This document shows, piece after piece, positions 32,825 through 41,558 of a stretch of 64,000 bases of DNA. Position 1 is the stretch's first letter; each line of letters opens with the position of its first letter. Source of the DNA: Mycoplasmatota bacterium (GTDB lineage: Bacteria > Bacillota_I > Bacilli_A > MAG-NZ); the NCBI GenBank assembly GCA_018394315.1, contig CP074575.1, positions 1,334,615 to 1,398,614 on the forward strand, written 5' to 3'. The notes under the pieces are model-generated. The model saw only the letters and a list, made by a program, of their open reading frames with translations. It did no database searches and was not told the DNA's origin. Both the position numbers and the translations under genes were made by a program.

Positions 32825-33397
32825 GTGAGTAAAAATATAAAAATCAATGAAAACATCTCGATTGATATGTTTTCTTATTTTTTCTTATTTCTTTTGGTTA
32901 ATCTTCCATTTATCATGATATACTTTTTACTTATTTTTGGAGGTAAAAATAATGTAGATTTATACAGTACTCAATTTGCATCGGTGGGATTCCTTCTTAT
33001 AATAGTTGGAGTGTGTATTTATCAGTTTTTAAAGACAAATGAGATAAATTATCTTGGTATTTTATTTATGTGTCATCAAAAGAATGAATGCTCATTCCAA
33101 CTATATGGAAAAAAATTTTTGGTTTGCTCAAGGTGTACTGGGATAATAATTGGTTTTCTCATTTCGCTTCCCTTAAGCTTTTTCATTAAAAATACTATTA
33201 TTTTATCAGTAGCTTTGATGATCCCTCTTATCTTCGATGGTATTCTTCAATTAAAGTCTAGATATACAAGTACTAACGCAGTAAGATTAGTTACAGGAAT
33301 TAGTTTTGGTTTTGGAATGGTATACTTGTATGCAAATTTAATTCTAAGATTGATTAGAATTGGATACAAGATAGCTTCATTGGTTAATTTAATATAA
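32825..33397 (+). CDS. DUF2085-domain membrane protein
   Basis: CHQ...SF......VCSRCTGI..G, P...DG..Q, STN..RL.TG. Confidence 0.75.
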   Translation: MSKNIKINENISIDMFSYFFLFLLVNLPFIMIYFLLIFGGKNNVDLYSTQFASVGFLLIIVGVCIYQFLKTNEINYLGILFMCHQKNECSFQLYGKKFLVCSRCTGIIIGFLISLPLSFFIKNTIILSVALMIPLIFDGILQLKSRYTSTNAVRLVTGISFGFGMVYLYANLILRLIRIGYKIASLVNLI

Positions 33398-33479
33398 CCA
33401 TGCTTATGATTCCTTAATCATTTTAGAAATAATATAAAAGATAACAATTTTAATAGTTTAGAGAAAAGGAAAAATTATA

Positions 33480-34334
33480 ATGAAAAGAGCCTTGGTTTTA
33501 GAGGGCGGTGGATTTAGAGGAATGTTCACTGCTGGTATACTTGATTATTTTTTGGAACAAAAACTTAATTTTAATTCTGTAATTGGTGTTTCGATGGGTG
33601 CTTTAATAGGAATGAATTACATTTCTAAACAAAAGTACCGTTCAAGAGATTTAGCTATAAATTATATGTTCGATAAAAACTATATATCTTTTAAAAATCT
33701 CATTTTGAAGGGCAATTTAGTAAACTGGAATTATTTGTTTTCTGGTAAAATAAACGAAGATAATCCTTTTGATGAGAAATCTTTTCATAACTCTAGCAGC
33801 AAGTTCTTTGTCAATGTCTTTAATTTAAGAACAGGAGAAGTAGAGTATCACGATACTGTTAAGAATGACCATTTTGTTGATTATATTAAAGCATCCGCAT
33901 CTTTACCAGTTGCTTCTAGGAAAGTCAAGATAGGTGATGAGATTTTTTTTGACGGTGGGGTAGTCGATTCGCTAGCATTTGAAAAGGCTATAGAAGATAG
34001 ATACGACAAAACAGTGTTAATTTTAACTAGGACACTTGAATACAAAAAGAAAGTCCAGCCTGCATTATGGTTCTTTAGACTCAGATATTTTAGATACCCA
34101 AAGTTATATAAGAAATTAAAGGTAAGACATGATAGGTATAATAAGCTTGTGAAGAAAGCAGCTGAGCTAGAGAAAAATGGGGAATTATTTATCATAAGAC
34201 CAGAAGAAGAATTAGGTATTGGTAGATTCGAAAAGGATGTTGGTAAACTTAAAGCAATCTATAACATTGGTTATGAGTATGCAAATAAGATTTATCCAGA
34301 TTTAATAAAATATTTGAAAGATGAAAATGCGTAA
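33480..34334 (+). CDS. Patatin-like phospholipase
   Basis: LEGGGFRG, GVSMG nucleophile elbow, ASASLP, DGG. Confidence 0.92.
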   Translation: MKRALVLEGGGFRGMFTAGILDYFLEQKLNFNSVIGVSMGALIGMNYISKQKYRSRDLAINYMFDKNYISFKNLILKGNLVNWNYLFSGKINEDNPFDEKSFHNSSSKFFVNVFNLRTGEVEYHDTVKNDHFVDYIKASASLPVASRKVKIGDEIFFDGGVVDSLAFEKAIEDRYDKTVLILTRTLEYKKKVQPALWFFRLRYFRYPKLYKKLKVRHDRYNKLVKKAAELEKNGELFIIRPEEELGIGRFEKDVGKLKAIYNIGYEYANKIYPDLIKYLKDENA

Positions 34335-34347
34335 AAACGCATTTTTT
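34324..34347 (+). terminator. Intrinsic terminator
   Basis: AAAATGCGT-aaaa-ACGCATTTT-TT. Confidence 0.65.
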
Positions 34348-34405
34348 AGGTTTAAACACATCAAAAAAGATTTTCTTTTCATATTTTAAATATGAGGAGG
34401 AAATT

Positions 34406-34786
34406 ATGAAATATGCAACTGCTTATATAAAAAATCAGGAATTTACGGGACTAGAAGAGTTGAAAACTGCATTTCTAAGAGGTAGTGCCTTTAATAACTT
34501 ATATCAACCGTATAAAAAGTTTGATTATGAATTAAGTTCTAATAATAAAGAGCTGAAAAATATTCAGGCGATTTCGTTTATTTTGCTAGACTTAGGACTT
34601 TATTTAGATACACATCCGGATAACCAAGATGTGATTAATCTTTATAAAGAATTTTTAGAAAAATACAAACAATTAGTAAGAGACTATGAAGAGGAAAAAG
34701 GTCCACTTACTTTAAGAAGTGATTCATTAGGAAAGTATCCTTGGCAATGGCTACAAGAACCATGGCCTTGGGAAGAAGGAGAGTAA
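34406..34786 (+). CDS. cotJB: Spore coat protein CotJB with fused N-terminal CotJA-like segment
   Basis: C-terminal DL.LYLDTHP...YE...GPL...W.W..EPWPWE; N-terminal A.AY...Q...A..RG..F..LY.PY. Confidence 0.85.
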   Translation: MKYATAYIKNQEFTGLEELKTAFLRGSAFNNLYQPYKKFDYELSSNNKELKNIQAISFILLDLGLYLDTHPDNQDVINLYKEFLEKYKQLVRDYEEEKGPLTLRSDSLGKYPWQWLQEPWPWEEGE

Positions 34787-34787
34787 T

Positions 34788-35351
34788 ATGTGGTTATATG
34801 AAAAGAAACTACAATTTCCTGTTAACATAAAAAACAAGGATGTTAGTTTAGCAAAATATATTGTTACCCAATACGGAGGACCAGACGGTGAATTAGGTGC
34901 TGCGATTAGGTATTTGAACCAAAGATACACAATGCCAACATCTAAAGGTATTGCACTGTTAACAGATATAGGAACAGAAGAATTAGGCCATGTTGAGATG
35001 ATACAAACAATGGTTTATCAATTACTTAAAGATGCTACTATTGAAGAATTAAAGGAAGCTGGTTTGGCAAGTCACTATACTCAACACAACCATGCTATCT
35101 TTCCTACTGATACAAATGGTGTACCTTTTAATGCAGGTGGGATTGGAACAACTGGAGATCCAATTGCAGATTTACACGAAAACTTAGCTGCCGAGCAAAA
35201 AGCGAGAGCTACATACGAACACTTGATGGACTTAACTAATGATCCAGAAGTGTTAGCGCCATTAAGTTTTTTAAGACAAAGAGAGATAATTCATTACCAA
35301 AGATTTGGTGAATATCTGACAGAATTAGAGGAAATGGCAGAAAATTCATAG
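34788..35351 (+). CDS. cotJC: Spore coat Mn-catalase-family protein CotJC
   Basis: MWLYEKKLQFPV, QYGGPDGEL.A..RY, LTDIGTEELGH.EM, AAEQKARATY, REIIHYQRFGE. Confidence 0.95.
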   Translation: MWLYEKKLQFPVNIKNKDVSLAKYIVTQYGGPDGELGAAIRYLNQRYTMPTSKGIALLTDIGTEELGHVEMIQTMVYQLLKDATIEELKEAGLASHYTQHNHAIFPTDTNGVPFNAGGIGTTGDPIADLHENLAAEQKARATYEHLMDLTNDPEVLAPLSFLRQREIIHYQRFGEYLTELEEMAENS

Positions 35352-35579
35352 TAGAATATAGCACGTTCTAAAAGGATTCTGCAAATATGTGCAAATTATC
35401 ACAAAAATAATGAACTCTAACGATAGCAATATATGCTAGCAATAGAGTTCTTATTTTATATATAGTAAACAAAGACTAAAAATATCTTACTTTAGTAGTT
35501 ATATTTTGTGTATATGATGCGTACATAGGAATCTTTTATTTTGTGACTAAATATATTATGCTTTAAACAGGTGATGTAA

Positions 35580-36086
35580 ATGGTTTATTCAGTACCAAGA
35601 AAGATCTACAGAAAATTTCATGTAAAGCACGATGACTTTGAAATAGATATTCCTATATCACTTGATCAAAGTAACTTTGAGCTATCTCCCAAAATATTTC
35701 CAGACAGTAAAGAATTGGTTGAGACTATTAGATCATATGGATATGATGTTGTGGATCAACTCCCAAATAATTTAAATGAATTATTTCATTTTAATTGTGA
35801 TAAACAGGAAGTTTATTATTTATTTTATAAACTAAAGTATAGAAAGATGAAAGGGTTCAAATTCACTGATGGGGAGTTACTTGAAATACTATTGGTTGAG
35901 GAATTTCCTGATGGGTTAAGTATCGTAAATGATGATGAATTAAGGAAGTATTCTATAAAACTATACAAACAATTTGGTGATAGGTTTGTTAATTATAATT
36001 TTCACGATTTAATATCAACATTTCTTAAAGCTAACGACATTGTGATTGAGGATAATGTTGCAAGACATATATCAAAAGCAAATTAG
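35580..36086 (+). CDS. Hypothetical cytoplasmic protein
   Basis: 168-aa ORF with RBS AGGTG; no family recognised. Confidence 0.65.
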   Translation: MVYSVPRKIYRKFHVKHDDFEIDIPISLDQSNFELSPKIFPDSKELVETIRSYGYDVVDQLPNNLNELFHFNCDKQEVYYLFYKLKYRKMKGFKFTDGELLEILLVEEFPDGLSIVNDDELRKYSIKLYKQFGDRFVNYNFHDLISTFLKANDIVIEDNVARHISKAN

Positions 36087-36145
36087 TTGTTAAGAGACGC
36101 GCGCATCTTTTTACATAAATTTAAAAATTTATGGAGGAGATTAGA

Positions 36146-36271
36146 ATGAAAAAGATATTAAGTTTTATAGCTGTGATTGCAGTAATTTTAACCATGGCAT
36201 TTGCTTTTAACTCAAATACATTCAAAAGCTATGAGGATGGAACAGCTGGAGCAAGGGTTTGTGATGCATAA
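36146..36271 (+). CDS. 41-aa secreted peptide precursor, candidate RRNPP signalling propeptide (not in the ORF track)
   Basis: GGAGGAG RBS; MKKILSFIAVIAVILTMAFA-FNSNTFKSYEDGTAGARVCDA, a Sec signal ending in AFA plus a polar tail; followed by a terminator. Confidence 0.8.
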   Translation: MKKILSFIAVIAVILTMAFAFNSNTFKSYEDGTAGARVCDA

Positions 36272-36298
36272 AAAGAATTCTTTAGGAATTCTTTTTTT
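36271..36298 (+). terminator. Terminator after the peptide gene
   Basis: AAAAGAATTC-tttag-GAATTCTTTT-TTT. Confidence 0.7.
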
Positions 36299-36332
36299 CG
36301 GGAAAGAATGGTAAAATATAAGTGGTGGTTGT

Positions 36333-37613
36333 ATGAGAGAAGTTTTATTTAAAAAATATATATCAAGTAGTGAAAATGCGAAGTTGTTAGGAACATTAAT
36401 AAGAATCAATAGAATTGAACAAAATATTTCAGTTGAAGCTTTGGCCAATTACGCGAAAATCGCGAGAAGTTATTTAAGTCAAGTTGAAAGAGGAGTTCGT
36501 TCTGCATCTGGAAAAAAATATGCGTCAATTTTTGAGCAATTAGATATTGATTTTAAAGTAATAGATAACGATCTAATGACTCAAAGGTTCGAAAATATTT
36601 TAGAAGCCATTAATTACGTTGATAATGACAAAGCTAAATTATTAATAGATAAGCTAGAGAATTCTAAAGTGCATTTTGCACATTCAACAGGAATAGTTGA
36701 ATATTACCTGATTAGGTTTATTTTTTACGTAATTACTCAAAAAGGTACGTGGTCACCAGAGATTGATGAGTTAGAGAATAAGTTACTAAGAATTAGGGGA
36801 AATTTATCTCAAAACTACAAAATATTATTATCTCAATATAGAGGTGTCAGAAAATACTATGATAAGGAATTTGATGAAGCTTTAACTCTGTTGCATCGTG
36901 CAAATGATTATGGAATAAGTAAACACACTCCCATGATAAATTATCATATCGGTTTAGTTTATACAGTGTATAATAAGCCAGTACCTGCAATTTTAGCTTG
37001 TTTAAAATCTAAATCGTATTTTGAGAAAGAAATGAATTATAAAAGAAGTATTGCTACTAGAATGCATTTAGGAATTAATTATTCTTTGGTGGGTGACTAC
37101 CAATTAGCTGAAGATAATTATAATGATATTATTCAAATATCAAAAAAATTAGATTTTTCTAACTACTTACCTACTGCATATATTAATCTTGCGTACTTAC
37201 ATCTTCGTTATAGAAATTTTGACATGGTTTACAAATATTTAGAATTAGGAAGAAAATTAGATCCTAATCATTGGGATTTTATTTATTGTGGAATTTTGAC
37301 TTCATCTAAAGCGAAAGATAATGAAGCATTGAGTAAATGGATTAAGTTAGGTAAAGATGACAAATTTAGTGATGTTAAACCGTTAAGATATTTTATAGAA
37401 TTATTTGAGTCATTACATTCTGAAACAAATGTTGATATAAAAGGACTCTATGAAAAGACTATAGAGTCAATTAAAGAAAACTTTAATTATATTGAATATG
37501 AGGCTATAGTTCTTATGTATATTGAGTTTCTTGAATCTAATAGAATGTATAAAGAAGCTTTGAATTATCAACAGGAATTATTTTGGACTATGAAAGGTAA
37601 GCGAGATGATTAA
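36333..37613 (+). CDS. XRE-HTH plus TPR-repeat transcriptional regulator (RRNPP-like)
   Basis: N-terminal HTH (G..IR..R..QN.S...LA......SYLSQVERG), then helical repeats (YHIGLVY, HLGINYSLVGDYQLA...Y, YINLAY); 426 aa; extended -10 TGGTAAAAT at 36309. Confidence 0.85.
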   Translation: MREVLFKKYISSSENAKLLGTLIRINRIEQNISVEALANYAKIARSYLSQVERGVRSASGKKYASIFEQLDIDFKVIDNDLMTQRFENILEAINYVDNDKAKLLIDKLENSKVHFAHSTGIVEYYLIRFIFYVITQKGTWSPEIDELENKLLRIRGNLSQNYKILLSQYRGVRKYYDKEFDEALTLLHRANDYGISKHTPMINYHIGLVYTVYNKPVPAILACLKSKSYFEKEMNYKRSIATRMHLGINYSLVGDYQLAEDNYNDIIQISKKLDFSNYLPTAYINLAYLHLRYRNFDMVYKYLELGRKLDPNHWDFIYCGILTSSKAKDNEALSKWIKLGKDDKFSDVKPLRYFIELFESLHSETNVDIKGLYEKTIESIKENFNYIEYEAIVLMYIEFLESNRMYKEALNYQQELFWTMKGKRDD

Positions 37614-38424
37614 GACATTTTTTGGTGGAGTTATTATTGGAATTGCGAACATTATTCCTGGAGTAAGTGGTGGAACAATGATGGTACTTATGGGAATGTA
37701 TGATAAAACCTTAGGAGCAATTTCTAATCTATTAAATGTAGATAATAAGAATAGAGTAAATGATTTTAGTTATCTATTCATTATATTTATAGGCGCTATA
37801 ATAGGAGCGGTATCTTTTGCGAATATTTTAAACATATTGTTTTTACATTTAGAAGTTCAAACATATTATTTCTTTATTGGACTTATAGTTAGTAGTTTAC
37901 TTGTATTTAGCAAGAAAGAATTTAATAATTACAGTATTGATTTTGCTTGGCTTTTATTTGGTTCTTTAGTTATTTTAAGTACACAGTTTTTAACGGATAG
38001 ATCAATTTTCTTTGGCCTTCCAGATATAAGCATTAATTTGATACTTGTACTTATTTTAGTAGGTATGGTAGCTGGTGCATCTATGATTATCCCGGGTGTT
38101 AGTGGGAGTTTAATTCTCTTAGTTTTGGGTAAGTATCATTTGATAAAAGCTTATGTTGCTAATCTGTTTAGTTTGAAATTTGAGATCTTGTTTCCGCTTT
38201 TTGTTTTTGGAATTGGAACTTTAATAGGTATTTACCTAACTGCTAGATTAACTAAAGAGATGTTAAGAAAGTATAGAAGAGTAACACTAAGCTTCATTAT
38301 CGGTATGATCTTAGCAAGTATAATCATTTTGATTCCACGTAATAATTATAATCTATTTACTATTTCCACTTCATTAGCAACTTTAGGAATAGGCTTTTAT
38401 GTAGTGAGAATAATTAATAAATGA
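37606..38424 (+). CDS. DUF368 membrane protein (undecaprenyl-phosphate translocase family)
   Basis: Duplicated G.ANIIPGVSGGT / MIIPGVSGS motifs, many TMs; overlaps the regulator's 3' end. Confidence 0.9.
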   Translation: MIKTFFGGVIIGIANIIPGVSGGTMMVLMGMYDKTLGAISNLLNVDNKNRVNDFSYLFIIFIGAIIGAVSFANILNILFLHLEVQTYYFFIGLIVSSLLVFSKKEFNNYSIDFAWLLFGSLVILSTQFLTDRSIFFGLPDISINLILVLILVGMVAGASMIIPGVSGSLILLVLGKYHLIKAYVANLFSLKFEILFPLFVFGIGTLIGIYLTARLTKEMLRKYRRVTLSFIIGMILASIIILIPRNNYNLFTISTSLATLGIGFYVVRIINK

Positions 38425-38447
38425 AAAGGAGTTAAAATACTCCCTAT

Positions 38448-38873
38448 TTATATAACTTTAACCATTAAGATATGTTCAATTCCAGCTTCTGTGAACGTAT
38501 CTCCTTTTTTTTTATAGTCTAATCTTTCATAGAATGGTGCTGCTGAACATTGAGAATTAAGTTTTAGTAATTCAATATTAGTATTTTCACGAATTTCATT
38601 TTCAATGAATTCCATGATTTTTTTTCCTATTCCAAGGTACCTATATTCTTCTAAAACAGCAATCCTTTCTATTTTCGCATAATTATCTACAAGTCTATAC
38701 CTTCCCGCTCCTATTGGTGAACTGTTTAGGTAAGCTACAATTAATGTAGCTTCTCTATCTAATCCATCATGTTCTAAATCTCTTGGGACTTGTTGTCCAT
38801 CTATGAATACAATCTCTCTTACTTTTAAGTGATCGAGTATTTCTTGAGAGTCTTTTGCTAACTTAATTTCCAT
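38448..38873 (-). CDS. GNAT acetyltransferase (YjcF/ElaA-like)
   Basis: R..VF..GQ.VP..LE.D, KIERIAVL..YR..GIG, FYE.L.Y, F.EAGIEH. Confidence 0.88.
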   Translation of the reverse strand: MEIKLAKDSQEILDHLKVREIVFIDGQQVPRDLEHDGLDREATLIVAYLNSSPIGAGRYRLVDNYAKIERIAVLEEYRYLGIGKKIMEFIENEIRENTNIELLKLNSQCSAAPFYERLDYKKKGDTFTEAGIEHILMVKVI

Positions 38874-38976
38874 AGTTACCTCCATCAATTATTAAGACTG
38901 TTATTATTATACAATATAATAATTGTTATAAGAAGGAAAATGGTATATATTATTAATAGTGAAGGAGATTATTGCT

Positions 38977-40320
38977 ATGGATATTATTGTTAAATTGTTT
39001 AAAGATAAAAATATAGATTTAGAAGAGAAACTGTTAGAATTTCATCCGTTTGATATCTCTCAAGCGATTTTAGAGATAGATGATAGTGAAAAAAGATTAT
39101 TCTTTTCATTAAATATTGAGTTAGTTTCAGAAGTCTTGGCTAATCTTGAACCCGATTTATTTTTAGAATATATTGAAGATATTCAGCCCAAACTAGTCTC
39201 TAATATAATTTCAGAAATGGAATTTGATGATGCAGTTGATATCTTACAAGAAATGGATGATGACGATCAAGTAGTTATACTAAGCTTAATGGATTCCAGT
39301 CACCGAGAAAAAATCAAATACTTAATGAATTATAAAGAAGATACTGCTGGTGCTATAATGACTACTGAATATATAAGCATTCCAGTTGATTGTTCTGTCA
39401 AACAAGCAATGAGAAGAGTAATTAGTTTGGCTGAAGATGCTGAAACAGTAAATGTTATTTATATACTCGATAAAGATAAATTAGTAGGTGTCTTATCTTT
39501 AAGAGAGTTAATTATTGCTAGAGCTGATGATATTATAAATGAAATTATGACAACTAACTTAATAACAACAACTACTACAGTAGACCAATCAATTGTCGCT
39601 GAAATAATGATGGATTATGATTTTACTGTATTACCGGTTGTTGATAAATTAAATAGACTTATTGGTATTGTCACTATCGATGATGTTATTGATGTGCTTG
39701 ATGAAGAAGCAGTTGAGGATATTTCTGCACTGGCTGGGGTTACCGATGTAGACATCGATCATGATACTGAAACAGTTATTAGTTCAGTAAAGAAGAGATT
39801 TCCTTGGCTGGTAGTCTTACTAGGCGTAGGTTTTCTAACCAGCATTATTATAGCTTCCTTTGAAGAGACAATTAATGAAATCCCTATACTCGCAATGTTT
39901 TTACCGTTAATACTAAACATGAGTGGTAACACAGGTACGCAAGCATTAGCTGTTACAGTTCGTGGATTGTCAACCAATCAATTTGTTGATAAAAAAGATG
40001 TTTTTGAACATTTATGGCGTGAGTTTAAAACATCGTTGTTAAACGGATTAATGCTAACAGTCTTAGTTTTTATAATGGCTTATGTTATGGGGCGTTTTAC
40101 GGGCAATAATGATGTAATGTTTCCGTTAGTTATTTCTGTATCTGTATTCATTGCACTTGTTTTAGCAACTCTTGCAGGAGCATTTATTCCACTTGTAATT
40201 AATGCATTAAAAATCGATCCCGCAGTTGCATCAGGACCGTTTATTACTACTATTAACGATATAATTTCTTTAACAATTTATTTAACTCTTGCTTCTATAT
40301 TTATAGTAGGATTGAGCTAA
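38977..40320 (+). CDS. mgtE: Magnesium transporter MgtE
   Basis: N-domain, CBS pair (TAGAIMTTE, GIVTIDDVID), R.PWL, GNTGTQ, DPAVASGPFITT.ND. Confidence 0.96.
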   Translation: MDIIVKLFKDKNIDLEEKLLEFHPFDISQAILEIDDSEKRLFFSLNIELVSEVLANLEPDLFLEYIEDIQPKLVSNIISEMEFDDAVDILQEMDDDDQVVILSLMDSSHREKIKYLMNYKEDTAGAIMTTEYISIPVDCSVKQAMRRVISLAEDAETVNVIYILDKDKLVGVLSLRELIIARADDIINEIMTTNLITTTTTVDQSIVAEIMMDYDFTVLPVVDKLNRLIGIVTIDDVIDVLDEEAVEDISALAGVTDVDIDHDTETVISSVKKRFPWLVVLLGVGFLTSIIIASFEETINEIPILAMFLPLILNMSGNTGTQALAVTVRGLSTNQFVDKKDVFEHLWREFKTSLLNGLMLTVLVFIMAYVMGRFTGNNDVMFPLVISVSVFIALVLATLAGAFIPLVINALKIDPAVASGPFITTINDIISLTIYLTLASIFIVGLS

Positions 40321-40387
40321 AAATCAAATATACTAGGCAACACCACCCAGTTTTAATCATATAATGTGAGTAGGGTGGTGTTTTTAT

Positions 40388-40696
40388 ATGAAAAATGAAC
40401 CGTTAATGTTTATTCAGACTGCTAAGACTGATATTAAGTCTAGTGTTCATCAGGTAATTTATGATTCGAATAAAGGTGTTACTGATGTTGATCCTAAAAT
40501 ACTCAAGAAGGCTGAAAACTTGGTCATTATGTATAAAAAAGGAAAACCAGTATTATGTTCAGTAAATTATGAAGGAATTTCACTTGTTGGTTTTCCTAAG
40601 GATATAGTTAATTCTACTTTGGAAGTAGAAGTAGAAGAAGTCATAAAAACTGTTAAACTCGAAGTAATTTCGAGCATTACTATTCTAAAGATTTAA
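40388..40696 (+). CDS. Short CotO-like spore coat protein
   Basis: N-terminal EPLMFIQ motif; convergent with a cotY/Z-like gene as cotO is in Bacillus; CATATAAT upstream. Confidence 0.5.
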   Translation: MKNEPLMFIQTAKTDIKSSVHQVIYDSNKGVTDVDPKILKKAENLVIMYKKGKPVLCSVNYEGISLVGFPKDIVNSTLEVEVEEVIKTVKLEVISSITILKI

Positions 40697-40701
40697 CATT
40701 T

Positions 40702-41103
40702 TTATCTTCTAGAGCATTTCCTACAATTTATTGGCGAGAAACACTGTAGACAACATACACAGTTCAGGTCAATAATACAAGTCTGATCTACGCATCTAAG
40801 TCGTTGACATTGTTTTTCTTCCTTTTTGGAAGAAATTTCTCTTATAAGTCTACATTTAATAGTGCAATCGTCCATTATTTCTTCTACTCTAAACAGATTA
40901 GTTGTATCACCACCCGGACTTAAGAAAGCTTTGAAATCTGAACCATCGCACATGAAAAATGTTAACGGAATCGTGTTACCTGTAGCTTTGACCAATGAGC
41001 TATCACAACCTATACAAGAGGATGATTCTATAATCGCCTCTTTTTGTCTTTGGTCAACTTCTTTTACTATACGACATATAGTAGTTTTTTGGTTCCTATC
41101 CAA
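40702..41103 (-). CDS. CotY/CotZ-family Cys-rich spore crust/exosporium protein
   Basis: C.IV....Q, NTIP..F, FRVE...D.C...RL, IDL.C.C.LQC..P; TTG start after GAGGTG. Confidence 0.8.
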   Translation of the reverse strand: MDRNQKTTICRIVKEVDQRQKEAIIESSSCIGCDSSLVKATGNTIPLTFFMCDGSDFKAFLSPGGDTTNLFRVEEIMDDCTIKCRLIREISSKKEEKQCQRLRCVDQTCIIDLNCVCCLQCFSPINCRKCSRR

Positions 41104-41126
41104 CGTTATCACCTCACTTTCATATT

Positions 41127-41153
41127 ATTCTATGTGTTTTATGTAAAAAGCGT
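41127..41153 (-). promoter_or_regulatory. Candidate sigmaK promoter of the cotY/Z-like gene
   Basis: Minus strand reads AC-N17-CATAGAAT. Confidence 0.5.
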
Positions 41154-41219
41154 ATAGATAATGTGTCTATATATTGTAAACTTACTTTTGTGTGGTAGAA
41201 TAATATACGAGGTGGTTAA

Positions 41220-41558
41220 ATGTTCAATGACAGTAATTTAATTTATTATATTGGTATTGGAATAGTACTTTTAATGGTTATTTTATTCTTTATCTTTAGA
41301 AAAAAGAAAGAACTTATTGTTGATGATTTATTAATAAGTAAAATCTTGTCAATAATATCTTTAGAAAATATAAAAGAGATAACCAGTGAGATATCTAGAG
41401 TCAAGATTGAGGTATTTGACCTAGAAATAATAGACTTTGATGAATTAAAGTCAATTTCAAATGGTGTTTTTATCTCTGGAAATAACGTAAAAGTAATGTT
41501 TAAAGATAGTGCAGATGAAATTGTAAAAGCTATAGAAAATAAAAGGAGAACAAAATGA
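41220..41558 (+). CDS. Membrane-anchored degenerate PTS EIIB-like protein
   Basis: N-terminal TM, then ENI.EI.SEISRV.IEV.D...ID..ELK....GV...GNNV.V.F; no Cys. Confidence 0.6.
   Translation: MFNDSNLIYYIGIGIVLLMVILFFIFRKKKELIVDDLLISKILSIISLENIKEITSEISRVKIEVFDLEIIDFDELKSISNGVFISGNNVKVMFKDSADEIVKAIENKRRTK

Noticed and set aside
36212..36448. Minus-strand 78-aa ORF across the peptide gene and regulator start
   Set aside because: It is antisense to two better-supported genes and has no RBS.
40826..41146. Plus-strand 106-aa ORF
   Set aside because: It is the antisense shadow of the cotY/Z-like gene.
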